A DNA stretch of 14,664 nt from Desulfotalea psychrophila LSv54. GTDB lineage: Bacteria; Desulfobacterota; Desulfobulbia; Desulfobulbales; Desulfocapsaceae. The stretch is from assembly GCF_000025945.1 (NCBI RefSeq), contig NC_006140.1:1-14664 (forward strand), read 5' to 3'. The notes under the pieces are model-generated. The model worked only from the letters and a program-made list of their open reading frames with translations. It was not told where the DNA came from and did not search any database. A program made the position numbers and the translations under genes. Below, piece after piece: positions 1 through 7,906 of this stretch (position 1 is the stretch's first letter; the number at the start of each line of letters is the position of its first letter).

Positions 1-14
1 TTTAATATATCCAT
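1..14 (-). CDS. 5' end (start codon plus first codons, MDIL/N) of an origin-spanning CDS that continues at 14664..14088 if the molecule is circular
   Basis: Reverse complement of 1-30 is GCTTATAGGAATGTGAATGGATATATTAAA; ATG at 14..12, AGGA six nt upstream; joined to 14664 it reads M D I L N I V L L S V S G S A T L in the frame of the 14088 ORF. Confidence 0.8.
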
Positions 15-29
15 TCACATTCCTATAAG

Positions 30-135
30 CTAACAAGTTATTATCCGATTACCACACCATATTATGCTAAATCTAAGCAATAAGTGTAACGAGCTTACTC
101 GTACAACTTCATAATAGCTGATATGTTATTTAACT
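30..135 (+). repeat. Copy 1 of an imperfect ~100-bp direct repeat flanking the AlbA_2 gene
   Basis: Shares gttat..attaccaca, aagcaataagt, cttaytcgta, caacttca, ctgatatgtta with 1534-1636. Confidence 0.6.
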
Positions 136-201
136 TTTTTCTAGCTTCTTTTTACTATGGAAAAAATTAAGCGGTAAGGTAAGTCAAAAAGTCAATGACT
201 C

Positions 202-236
202 AAAAAGGCATTAAGTCATTGACTTAATGCCTTTTT
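202..236. terminator. Perfect bidirectional rho-independent terminator
   Basis: aaaaaggcattaagtc-att-gacttaatgccttttt: 16-bp perfect stem, 3-nt loop, A-tract/T-tract on both sides, just downstream of the minus-strand gene ending at 296. Confidence 0.85.
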
Positions 237-295
237 GGGGCAACTTGTTATTTTTGCCGAATTATATGACTGAAAGACAACACAAAACTGTTAAT

Positions 296-1435
296 TTACT
301 TTTTAATGAGAAGTTTATTAAATATTTCTTTATGTATACTTTCATTGTTGATGACCCTTGCCATTTCATCAGCAGCCCCAACAGAGAAAAATACTTTTGT
401 TGTTTTTGAGTAATTATCAAGGCTCTCGACCCAAATATAATGTTCAAATTTATTATCCACAGTACCCTCGGGCGGATTATTAACTTTAAACTTTGGGTCG
501 TCAACCCACCCTAAATAACGCATTGCAATTTTTAGATGTTGGTTTCCGAAGTTGTATATCACCTTGTCTTTAACAGCTTTGTTAAGACTTGTCATAGTAA
601 TATGTTCTTTAAAATTACTTAGCTCACCAACAATTTTATATATAGGTTTACCTTCATTGGTAGTTATTTTTCCTATTTCCCCTGCTGATATAGCATTCAA
701 GATAATATTGAAAACGCCATTTTGATTCTTATCTATCTCAACATCACTATTAGATAAAATATTATCTCTACTATTGAAGCCATAAACTCTATTTTGTACT
801 GGATTAAGTATCAACACTTCCCGCGGGTTAATATCCACCATTTCAGGTAAAAGCTTTGACCATATTTCCATAAATTCTTTGCTTCGTTCATTTGCTTTAA
901 TCTGAAGAAATCGATTAAAGTCAGCTGTTGACTGATTAGCGTGCTCATTTTTACTAGATGCACGATAATAAATAGCTCCCTTTTGTAACTTATACTCAGG
1001 GACATCAGCCTGCGGTATCAATATCTGATTATTTTTTTCAATAATCAGATAGTAAAACAACCTTGTACTAATCTTGAACTTTTGAAGATCAATGGACACC
1101 CCGACCTTTGCTATTTTTTCAAATTTTTGAGTGACATCATTAAGATCAATTTGTTCCAATATTTCTAACGTTTCACTTGGCAAGCCTACATCATCATTTT
1201 TACCTGTTGTCTTATCTTCCTTGATTCCTAATAATATCATTCCTCCATCTGCGTTAGAAAATGAAATAATATCTTTAGCAAAATTCAACAAAAAGTTTTC
1301 CAAAGACGATTTCGACTTAGTAAGTTTCAAATCAACCTTATAGTCAATATGCGAGTTTTCTTTCGGAAAATTACCATTATTTTTTAAGTCTGAAATAATA
1401 TCTGTTACGTTAACTTTTAATTCTTGAAGGTTCAT
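296..1435 (-). CDS. Putative Schlafen/AlbA_2-type divergent AAA domain (SlfN_AlbA_2) protein
   Basis: 379-aa ORF; N-terminal ENSHIDYKVDL...KDIISFSNADGGMILLGIKED resembles the AlbA_2 signature (E...EfK...kdi.AfaNt.GG.lliGv.dd). Confidence 0.7.
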   Translation of the reverse strand: MNLQELKVNVTDIISDLKNNGNFPKENSHIDYKVDLKLTKSKSSLENFLLNFAKDIISFSNADGGMILLGIKEDKTTGKNDDVGLPSETLEILEQIDLNDVTQKFEKIAKVGVSIDLQKFKISTRLFYYLIIEKNNQILIPQADVPEYKLQKGAIYYRASSKNEHANQSTADFNRFLQIKANERSKEFMEIWSKLLPEMVDINPREVLILNPVQNRVYGFNSRDNILSNSDVEIDKNQNGVFNIILNAISAGEIGKITTNEGKPIYKIVGELSNFKEHITMTSLNKAVKDKVIYNFGNQHLKIAMRYLGWVDDPKFKVNNPPEGTVDNKFEHYIWVESLDNYSKTTKVFFSVGAADEMARVINNESIHKEIFNKLLIKK

Positions 1436-1533
1436 TTTCCCTACACTTTTATTAGACCAAAATTAATACATCAATTTAAATATTATGAAAAGTACCGCAC
1501 GAATAATATCAAACAAAGTGGTAAATTACTGTA

Positions 1534-1636
1534 ATTGTTATGACATTACCACAATTTTATACTAACTCCAAGCAATAAGTATACCCACTTATTCGTAACA
1601 ACTTCACATAATATCTGATATGTTAAAGTTTAACTA
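1534..1636 (+). repeat. Copy 2 of the imperfect direct repeat flanking the AlbA_2 gene
   Basis: attgttatgacattaccacaattttatactaactccaagcaataagtatacccacttattcgtaacaacttcacataatatctgatatgttaaag aligns to 30-135. Confidence 0.6.
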
Positions 1637-1829
1637 AAGCCCATTTTTAAGCCCTAGAAATGTCTTGAAAACAGGCATATATTGGCAGGACACGCAAAAA
1701 CTCATAGTTAGACCTTCCTTTTCATTTTTATTTGATTCAATTTTGGTTGATCCTAGTGATTGAAATAGGAAACTCACAGAGAACGCATTGTTGTTGTGTC
1801 TTAAAGGTCGATTCTAAAGGAAAAAACCA

Positions 1830-2285
1830 ATGATAAATAGACTAATTAAAAAAACGTTAATCACAGGAATTTTGTTGGTAGCTGTCACCGCTGTTACAAT
1901 TTATTTTGTTTACGATCCAGGAATTTTTAAAAAATGGCCGTGGTTTAGATATTCTCTTAGCTTATCTGTTCTTACGATTCTAAGCGCCTTCACATATATG
2001 GCGTGGTGCATGTTAGATGTCATAAGGTGGGATAATCTATTCCACAGGGGCAGTCTTGGTAGTGATTTTTCTGCTGTTGGTTATGGGGGGGTGATAGCAC
2101 CAATACTGGTACTTCTTCTTTACCCTAGCCTTAGTTCACTTGGAGTCCATAGCGATGGAAGTGTTCGTACCGTAGGTTTTGTCATGGCATTTACACATGG
2201 CATTGGTTTTGGATATATACAAACACAAATAAACAATACTATAACTGAAATCTACAAAGCTAGATCCGAAGAGGAAACGTTGTGA
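1830..2285 (+). CDS. Hypothetical multi-pass membrane protein
   Basis: 151-aa ORF with several hydrophobic segments; upstream aaagga. Ends TGA followed by CTA ATG TAG. Confidence 0.6.
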   Translation: MINRLIKKTLITGILLVAVTAVTIYFVYDPGIFKKWPWFRYSLSLSVLTILSAFTYMAWCMLDVIRWDNLFHRGSLGSDFSAVGYGGVIAPILVLLLYPSLSSLGVHSDGSVRTVGFVMAFTHGIGFGYIQTQINNTITEIYKARSEEETL

Positions 2286-3044
2286 CTAATGTAGTGCCAA
2301 ATAAGCTGTCACAAAGGCCAATATAACCGTAAGCAACTGGAATCCCATGGATATTCGGCTCTTAGTCTTTTGTGAATTAAATTCGTCAATAGTATTTATT
2401 GCCTTACCACTTACTTTAATTGTTGTTTCATATTTTTGTATGTCTTTACAGTCTTTCAGTGATTCTAAATAAAAATCCATTTTTTTCTTTTGCAATTTGC
2501 TACCTGTACTACCTAAACGATGTGAACGGTAAAACTTTTGTAGTATGTAATCGCATTCTATTTTTTGTTTACCATTATTAACCTGTTGCCTAACTAAAAA
2601 TTGAAGAAGCTGATTTCTTTCGCTCGCCGATGCTTCTTTATTTAAATGCAGATATGCGAACTTTGTGCATAAAATCCCATATATTTTATTAAACCAATAA
2701 GGATATCTTGTGAAATACAGGAGGTAGATTTTAAATAGACTTTTTGTTTCTTTTGGTTTGAAAAAAAAATTTGGTTCAAAATAATAAGTTGTATACAAAT
2801 AGTATTGTGAAAGATTCTCAACAGTGATGTTGAAATCATCTGTCCAGCTAGTTCCGTCGAAACTTCGACATGAAAAATTATTTGCATCAAATTTGTCGAC
2901 AACATAAGATCCACCGCCCTTCTTGTGGTTTAGGATTGTGCTAAAGCGACTATAGGGACTTGTTCTACGTATACCTGATGTACAGTGGGCTTTTTTAACT
3001 AAACGTACTGCTATTGCTTTATGCATTGTTTGATAAATTTTCAA
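2286..3044 (-). CDS. Hypothetical protein with C-terminal transmembrane segment
   Basis: 252-aa ORF, C-terminus MGFQLLTVILAFVTAYLALH; convergent and abutting with 1830-2285. The true start may be internal. Confidence 0.55.
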   Translation of the reverse strand: MKIYQTMHKAIAVRLVKKAHCTSGIRRTSPYSRFSTILNHKKGGGSYVVDKFDANNFSCRSFDGTSWTDDFNITVENLSQYYLYTTYYFEPNFFFKPKETKSLFKIYLLYFTRYPYWFNKIYGILCTKFAYLHLNKEASASERNQLLQFLVRQQVNNGKQKIECDYILQKFYRSHRLGSTGSKLQKKKMDFYLESLKDCKDIQKYETTIKVSGKAINTIDEFNSQKTKSRISMGFQLLTVILAFVTAYLALH

Positions 3045-3160
3045 AATCAGCTCTATCCCTCGTTTATCGATTGCAGTTTTGCTAACTCTTCGATTCTCTC
3101 ATTACCCGTACAAAAAAGATTTAACTTCGTCGCCTAACACTTTTCGAGCTTTGGACTAAA

Positions 3161-3691
3161 CTACTTTGGTTCATTAAGTTTTTTGACGTCTTTTTTATCG
3201 TTGATGAAAATAGCATTCCTTTTCAATTCAGGAAATATTTGAGGAATCATTTTTAATATTCTTTCCTGATCCTGGGCTTTCCTTGATATCTCCTCACACA
3301 CTTTTTGTTCAAGTAACTGTTTGTCTATTATCATAGATATTGCTGAATGGCTCTCACCCATATGTTGCACCATTTCCATATCTTTTAATAATTTATTGGC
3401 TCGATTTTTTAGTACGTTAGTGTAAGTGTCTATTTTACCTTTATATATGGATTCTGTGAATAATTTATCATCAAAAATAAGCCTTCCGTTTTCATCTTTC
3501 CTGAACCCTGATGCTTTGTGATTTCGTTTAGTTGCTAAATCGTTAAGGTGCAATGTTATTTCTTTTTTGATATTTTCTGAAGTCGTTGATAAGTTATAAA
3601 TATCTAACATCAACTTAATTGGGAAAGGTAACTCTTCTGCCGTAAATATCTCACCAGTACCTTTTTGTTCTACTATTTCGTTTTTACTCAC
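3161..3691 (-). CDS. Hypothetical protein encoded immediately downstream of rep
   Basis: 176-aa ORF, co-oriented with and 31 bp after the rep gene; aaggaatc upstream of ATG. Confidence 0.65.
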   Translation of the reverse strand: MSKNEIVEQKGTGEIFTAEELPFPIKLMLDIYNLSTTSENIKKEITLHLNDLATKRNHKASGFRKDENGRLIFDDKLFTESIYKGKIDTYTNVLKNRANKLLKDMEMVQHMGESHSAISMIIDKQLLEQKVCEEISRKAQDQERILKMIPQIFPELKRNAIFINDKKDVKKLNEPK

Positions 3692-3722
3692 TTAGGATTC
3701 CTTTAAATATATTATCTTTTTA

Positions 3723-5060
3723 TTAAAATTTTATACCTTTTGTTTTTAAAAGCCATTTTTCAAAAGTATTAACACTTGAATCAAGTATATTTTTCCTATA
3801 ATATAATTTTGCTTGAACCTCAAAAATAACGGTTTTATAATATTCATCTATTGTTTTTAATGATGATATTTTTCTTAAAATAGTCGACTTAATTCCATCA
3901 TGACAATTATCAAGAAACTGTTTTGTAAATTTTTCTATGTTTTTATCTAAATATTTTTCAAATTGCGAATTACAATATAAACTATATTCTTCATCTAATA
4001 TTTTTTCTTTATCTTTTCTTTTTTGGTAAGCTTTTATTTCTTCTATAGATTTTTTGTCTTTTTCATCTTTCTCTTTTTCTCTAGTTTCTTTTTTCTTTTT
4101 ATAAGGGCTTTTTTTTGCCCAGTCACCAGTTATAGCTGATGAAATAAAGGCAGCTATCGTATCAACTTTTCCTTTTTCATCTTCACTTAAAGTATATTCT
4201 ATATTTCTCACTACACGGGATTCATCTAATATACCAGACTTATCCATAGATAATATTTTTTTAGGAGAAATGCCATAACCTATTAAATCTCTATAATGTT
4301 CAGGGCTTACAGAATTAAACTTCATTTTTAAAATAGCTTGTGCATCTTTATCAATAATAATGAGATCTAAAAAATGTGTTTTCCTTCCTAATTTCCTTGT
4401 TTTATAACTAAAATACATTTCTGTTTTAAGTGGTATTTCTACCATTGCTTTTTCAATAACATACTTAATAAAATCAGTAGGTTGCTTATATTTACTAGTT
4501 AAACCCATTAAAACCTTGAGTTCATCTATAACTAATGTTTTCTTTCCTAAGAAAGAATACAGCCGAATAATCTCGTAAAATCTCCATACATTACCACCTA
4601 CCACCTCATTTCTCATCCCTATTGGATAAGCGATATATGACTTTAAACTTGCACTTAATAGATACTTTTTCATGATAGGCGAGAAACGGACATCAACAGT
4701 ACCTTTTCCCTTGTTGTAATCCGCTTGGCAAAGAAAAGATGATTGGCTAACAATAATAGCCCCCTCTTCTGAAGTAGTCGTCAACTGGAAACCCTTAGTA
4801 ATCAAGCCTGCGGTTATTTCTTGAATAGCTTTATATGCCCCGTCTGGTTTTATTTTATAGTATTCAGCAAGTTGAGAAATTGAAAAACGAAGACTATCAA
4901 AATCTTCAGCATTTCCATCTGATACAGCAATCATTAAATCAATAAATTTTCCTTCCCTTTCAGTAAAACAATAATTTTTGCTTAGCATTTTCGTGCTTTT
5001 TCTTACAAGGGTATGCGGATTATATACTTCCGGTAAATGAACCATTTTCAAAAAAACCAT
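3723..5060 (-). CDS. Plasmid replication initiator, RepB/Rep_3-like (Initiator Replication protein family)
   Basis: 445-aa ORF; FTEREGKFIDLMIAV, the winged-helix-like pattern VVGGNVWRFYEIIRLYSFLGKKTLVIDELKVLMGL, and adjacency to iterons. Confidence 0.8.
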   Translation of the reverse strand: MVFLKMVHLPEVYNPHTLVRKSTKMLSKNYCFTEREGKFIDLMIAVSDGNAEDFDSLRFSISQLAEYYKIKPDGAYKAIQEITAGLITKGFQLTTTSEEGAIIVSQSSFLCQADYNKGKGTVDVRFSPIMKKYLLSASLKSYIAYPIGMRNEVVGGNVWRFYEIIRLYSFLGKKTLVIDELKVLMGLTSKYKQPTDFIKYVIEKAMVEIPLKTEMYFSYKTRKLGRKTHFLDLIIIDKDAQAILKMKFNSVSPEHYRDLIGYGISPKKILSMDKSGILDESRVVRNIEYTLSEDEKGKVDTIAAFISSAITGDWAKKSPYKKKKETREKEKDEKDKKSIEEIKAYQKRKDKEKILDEEYSLYCNSQFEKYLDKNIEKFTKQFLDNCHDGIKSTILRKISSLKTIDEYYKTVIFEVQAKLYYRKNILDSSVNTFEKWLLKTKGIKF

Positions 5061-5145
5061 ATTAAATTTAAAAGAATATATAACTGTATTTTCGAGACAT
5101 TAATACATTAAGTATAACCTAACTCAGAATTTGTCAAACAAAAAG

Positions 5146-5166
5146 AGCAATAAAAACTCGGAGTTA
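5146..5166 (+). repeat. Iteron 1 (variant)
   Basis: gcaataaaaactcggagtta; matches the 3' 15 nt of the iteron consensus exactly. Confidence 0.75.
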
Positions 5167-5173
5167 ATTTAGG

Positions 5174-5194
5174 ACAAGCAAAAACTCGGAGTTA
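5174..5194 (+). repeat. Iteron 2
   Basis: acaagcaaaaactcggagtta, exact consensus. Confidence 0.9.
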
Positions 5195-5266
5195 AAAACA
5201 TCATAATGAAATAAAAAAGGTACTAATACAGAGACATACTTCCAAAAATAATCTGAAAAAACAAGG

Positions 5267-5287
5267 ACAAGCAAAAACTCGGAGTTA
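5267..5287 (+). repeat. Iteron 3
   Basis: acaagcaaaaactcggagtta, exact consensus; 93 bp after iteron 2. Confidence 0.9.
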
Positions 5288-5359
5288 ATAAAGTATTATT
5301 AAGCTTAAACTGTCGTATTTAAATAATAAATTAAAAATAATTCTAAACATCAAAAAACA

Positions 5360-5401
5360 ACAAGCAAAAACTCGGAGTTAACAAGCAAAAACTCGGAGTT
5401 A
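5360..5401 (+). repeat. Iterons 4 and 5, perfect head-to-tail tandem
   Basis: acaagcaaaaactcggagtta x2 with no spacer; iteron 4 starts 93 bp after iteron 3. Confidence 0.92.
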
Positions 5402-5462
5402 GTTTTTTATTTTTTGCTCTTTTTTATAAAAAAAAGCGTCATAATAGGCAGTTAGCCCACAA

Positions 5463-5504
5463 ACAAGCAAAACCTCGGAGTTAACAAGCAAAAACTCGGA
5501 GTTA
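5463..5504 (+). repeat. Iterons 6 (one mismatch) and 7, head-to-tail tandem
   Basis: acaagcaaaacctcggagtta then acaagcaaaaactcggagtta. Confidence 0.92.
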
Positions 5505-5535
5505 GTACTCCTAAGTCCTCTAATTTAAAGTATTT

Positions 5536-5742
5536 TTGAAGTCCCTATATATGTTATGGTTTTATATAAGTAACCAACAACAAGAAAAACAAAAAATTAA
5601 CAACTTTTCAAAAAAAAAGAACAACACCAAATTTCTGAAAAAACAAACTCTTTCAAAAACGCAACTGGAAAAGATGGTGAATAGACCTAAAAAAGCTCAA
5701 GAACAAACCATAGCTAAACGATCACAAAAAAAACATACATAA
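5536..5742 (+). CDS. Possible small basic protein (68 aa)
   Basis: Short Lys/Gln-rich ORF; no recognised family and weak start context. Confidence 0.25.
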   Translation: MKSLYMLWFYISNQQQEKQKINNFSKKKNNTKFLKKQTLSKTQLEKMVNRPKKAQEQTIAKRSQKKHT

Positions 5743-5865
5743 GTACAAGTCCCCTATATTTTGCTCTGTAGGAGGGTTTTTTGAGCTTTTTAAGGATTTG
5801 CAAGAAAGTCTTTTTTGAAAAACCAGAAAAAGCGCTGACAAAAAGAAAAAACAGGGCGTTTAAAA
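5708..5865 (+). repeat. Copy A of a duplicated intergenic element
   Basis: tagctaaacg...ttgctctgtaggagggttttttgagctttttaaggatttg...cttttttgaaaaaccagaaaaagcgctgacaaaaag, compared with 6692-6830. Confidence 0.65.
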
Positions 5866-5974
5866 GGGCAGGATTCACTCGTAGTGAAGTGATTAAACGA
5901 AAAAGGTACAATGACACCCCTTATAGCTTTTCTTTTCTTAAAAAGTAAATAAGGAGTGTTTTTTAAGAAAATCT

Positions 5975-6346
5975 TTATTTTTTACTAGTTTCTCCCTCAG
6001 TAAGTGTAATACACACAAAATCATTTTCTTGATGTAAAGGAAATTTAGTACTTGAACTAATAACTATATTTTTATGTTCCAAAAATCTTTTTATTGAAGC
6101 ACTAGCACCATTTTCTTTAATATTAATTTTATATGCACCTGCTTTTTTTTCTGCAACAAAATTAAACCCTATTGAGGTTTTATCTTCTGAAATACCGTAT
6201 ATAATATATATTGACTCATTTATATTATATTCTTCTAATGCTTTTTTATTAAAATTTATACCTCCATTTTTAGAAATTGTAACAGTTGGGTTTGCATTAC
6301 GTTTAGCACCTCTTTTAATTTGTTCTTCAAACCATTCAAATTCCAT
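5975..6346 (-). CDS. Hypothetical protein
   Basis: 123-aa ORF, MEFEWFEEQIKRGAKRNANPTVTISKNGGINFNKKALEEY...; aaggaaaa upstream of ATG; no internal TGA. Confidence 0.6.
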   Translation of the reverse strand: MEFEWFEEQIKRGAKRNANPTVTISKNGGINFNKKALEEYNINESIYIIYGISEDKTSIGFNFVAEKKAGAYKINIKENGASASIKRFLEHKNIVISSSTKFPLHQENDFVCITLTEGETSKK

Positions 6347-6512
6347 CTTATTTTCCTTTTTTAAAAAAAGTTGAATTCATTATATCTATGCTAGATGACA
6401 AATATTATTATATAATGACAATATATAATAATATTTTCAAGAGGTTTTTAACTATAGAGAAAGAGAAGGTAAAAGATTTTAAAAGAAAGACCAAGTTTCT
6501 TTGCTCTAAAAT

Positions 6513-6576
6513 GTTTACATAAAGTTTACATGTTTACACTTGTCTACACCCGTATTTACTGGGTTCTTTGTTTACA
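6513..6576 (+). promoter_or_regulatory. Cluster of short GTTTACA direct repeats, possible operator or protein-binding array
   Basis: gtttaca at 6513, 6524, 6532 and 6570; degenerate gtctaca at 6542; spacing mostly 8-11 bp. Confidence 0.4.
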
Positions 6577-6580
6577 TAAA

Positions 6581-6605
6581 AAAAGGTGATTCTGCACCTC
6601 TTTTT
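6581..6605. terminator. Putative rho-independent terminator
   Basis: aaaaggtg-attctg-cacctcttttt: short GC stem flanked by A/T tracts. Confidence 0.5.
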
Positions 6606-6691
6606 CTCTGCATATCCGAAACCTGTAAAATTTACAAAAAAGAGCAACGTAAAAGAAAAAATACAGACCTAAAAGGTTCATAACCAACCTT

Positions 6692-6830
6692 TTAGCTAAG
6701 CGGTTATAAAAAAAGATACATGGTTACCCGTTTTATATGTTTCGCTCTGTAGGAAGGATTTTTGAGCTTTTTAAGAATTTGTGAGGGATTCTTTTTTCTG
6801 AAGTTCTTGAAAAACAGCCGACAAAAAAGG
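6692..6830 (+). repeat. Copy B of the duplicated intergenic element
   Basis: tagctaagcgg...ttcgctctgtaggaaggatttttgagctttttaagaatttg...cttttttctgaagttcttgaaaaacagccgacaaaaaagg. Confidence 0.65.
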
Positions 6831-6843
6831 GAATAAATAATTT

Positions 6844-7737
6844 TTATTTCCTTTTTTGTAAAAAATCATTGTAATCATTGAATTTAGCATAGATATAGCT
6901 TTTATCATCAACAACTAAATTTTTTAAGTTGTCCTTAAAAAATTTAGTTGTTTTTTTTCCTGTTTTATCATTATCAAGCAAAGTATAAATGCTTTTTATA
7001 TTAGTTTCTAGGCATATACAAAAAATTTTTTCAATAGTCTTTTTAGCCATAGATACAGAACACATAATAATAACAGAGTTAACATATTCTAATACACTTT
7101 CTTTTTTATCAGTTAAAAAACTTAAAAAATCGATAAATCACTCAAAGATCAATATATTTTTACTTTTTTTATTAAAAGTAAATGTTGCTATATCTTTACA
7201 AATTAAATTTGATTTAAAATTTAAATTTCTTATTTCGTATCATTTTTTATCGTTTTCAAAAGCAATTGCTTTAAATTTTCAATATTGGTTTGTATAAGTA
7301 ATTTCTTTGCAGAATTTTTTAACAATAGAAATATTAAGTTTCCTTGATTCTAAATAGTCAATTATTGATTTTGTTTTTATCGGTCATATAGCTTCTATGC
7401 TATAATTTTTTTTTACTTTTGATTCTACTTTTTTTGTTGTTGGAACAGGGGGTAAAATAGTTTGTTGACCTCAGATATTTTCTAAAAAGTTTAAGGCTTG
7501 CGATACAGAGCATTTTTGAAATCCGATAATAAAATCTAGTGTGTTTCCTCCTTCCCCAGTACCGTGGTCAAACCATGCATTTTTTAAAGGGCTATAATCA
7601 AAAGAAGGAGTCTTTTCTTCTCTAAAAGGACTAAAATATTTTATTGAATTTTGACTATTTAAATATTTTTGTGGTGCATAACCTAATTTATTTAAAACTA
7701 AATCAAGTTTTATGTTTTTTGCTTGTTCACATTTCAT
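6844..7737 (-). CDS. CHC2/Toprim-type DNA primase (mobile-element type), full length only if TGA is sense (TGA=Gly proposed)
   Basis: One 298-codon frame from ATG 7737 to TAA 6844 with in-frame TGA at 7471-7473, 7384-7386, 7279-7281, 7240-7242, 7138-7140 and no TAA/TAG. Motifs: YFSPFREEKTPSFDYSPLKNAWFDHGTGEGGNTLDFI; IIDYLESRKL; FKAIAFENDKK*YEIRN; ILIFE*FIDFLS; TLLDNDKTGKKT; NDYNDFL. Confidence 0.85.
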
Positions 7738-7906
7738 ATAAAATTATATTAATTGTATTAATAATAATATAATAATTTTTTCAAAATCAGGAAATTTATT
7801 TATTATAAATTTTCCAGTAGCCTTAAAAGGCTAAAATGTGTACAATTATTGCTGTTTTTTCTTTTTGTTAGCAGATTTTTAATTTTATTTAACAGGAGTG
7901 ATTTAA

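Larger units (their letters stand above)
5146..5504. other. Putative origin of replication (oriV), iteron-type
   Basis: Seven co-oriented iterons with AT-rich spacers immediately upstream of the divergent rep gene. Confidence 0.8.

Noticed and set aside
227-504. ORFs 227-409 (plus) and 262-504 (minus)
   Set aside because: Overlap the 3' part of the AlbA_2-like gene; no family features.
811-1343. ORFs 811-1005 (minus) and 1131-1343 (plus)
   Set aside because: Fully overlap the 379-aa AlbA_2-like gene in other frames.
2642-2914. 90-aa minus-strand ORF
   Set aside because: Shadow ORF inside 2286-3044.
5146-5504. CRISPR array
   Set aside because: Repeats are tandem or irregularly spaced 21-mers with no uniform spacers or cas genes, next to a rep gene: iterons.
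5714-5917. Minus-strand 67-aa ORF
   Set aside because: Lies over the duplicated noncoding element; hydrophobic and Lys/Phe-rich content typical of chance; not conserved as an ORF in copy B.
6668-6695. tRNA T-loop-like ggttcataacc
   Set aside because: No surrounding cloverleaf; better explained as an aaaaggtt/aacctttt hairpin.
6844-7065. Separate 73-aa minus-strand ORF (MCSVSM...)
   Set aside because: It is the C-terminal part of the Toprim domain in the same frame as 7471-7737; the ATG is internal (codon 225) to the TGA-containing primase.
6989-7297. Plus-strand 102-aa ORF
   Set aside because: Antisense to the primase coding frame; low-complexity hydrophobic composition.
7471-7737. Stand-alone 88-aa truncated primase or pseudogene
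   Set aside because: Frame continues through TGA with intact downstream motifs and no TAA/TAG or frameshift, so recoding explains it better than decay. Decay is not formally excluded without homologue comparison.
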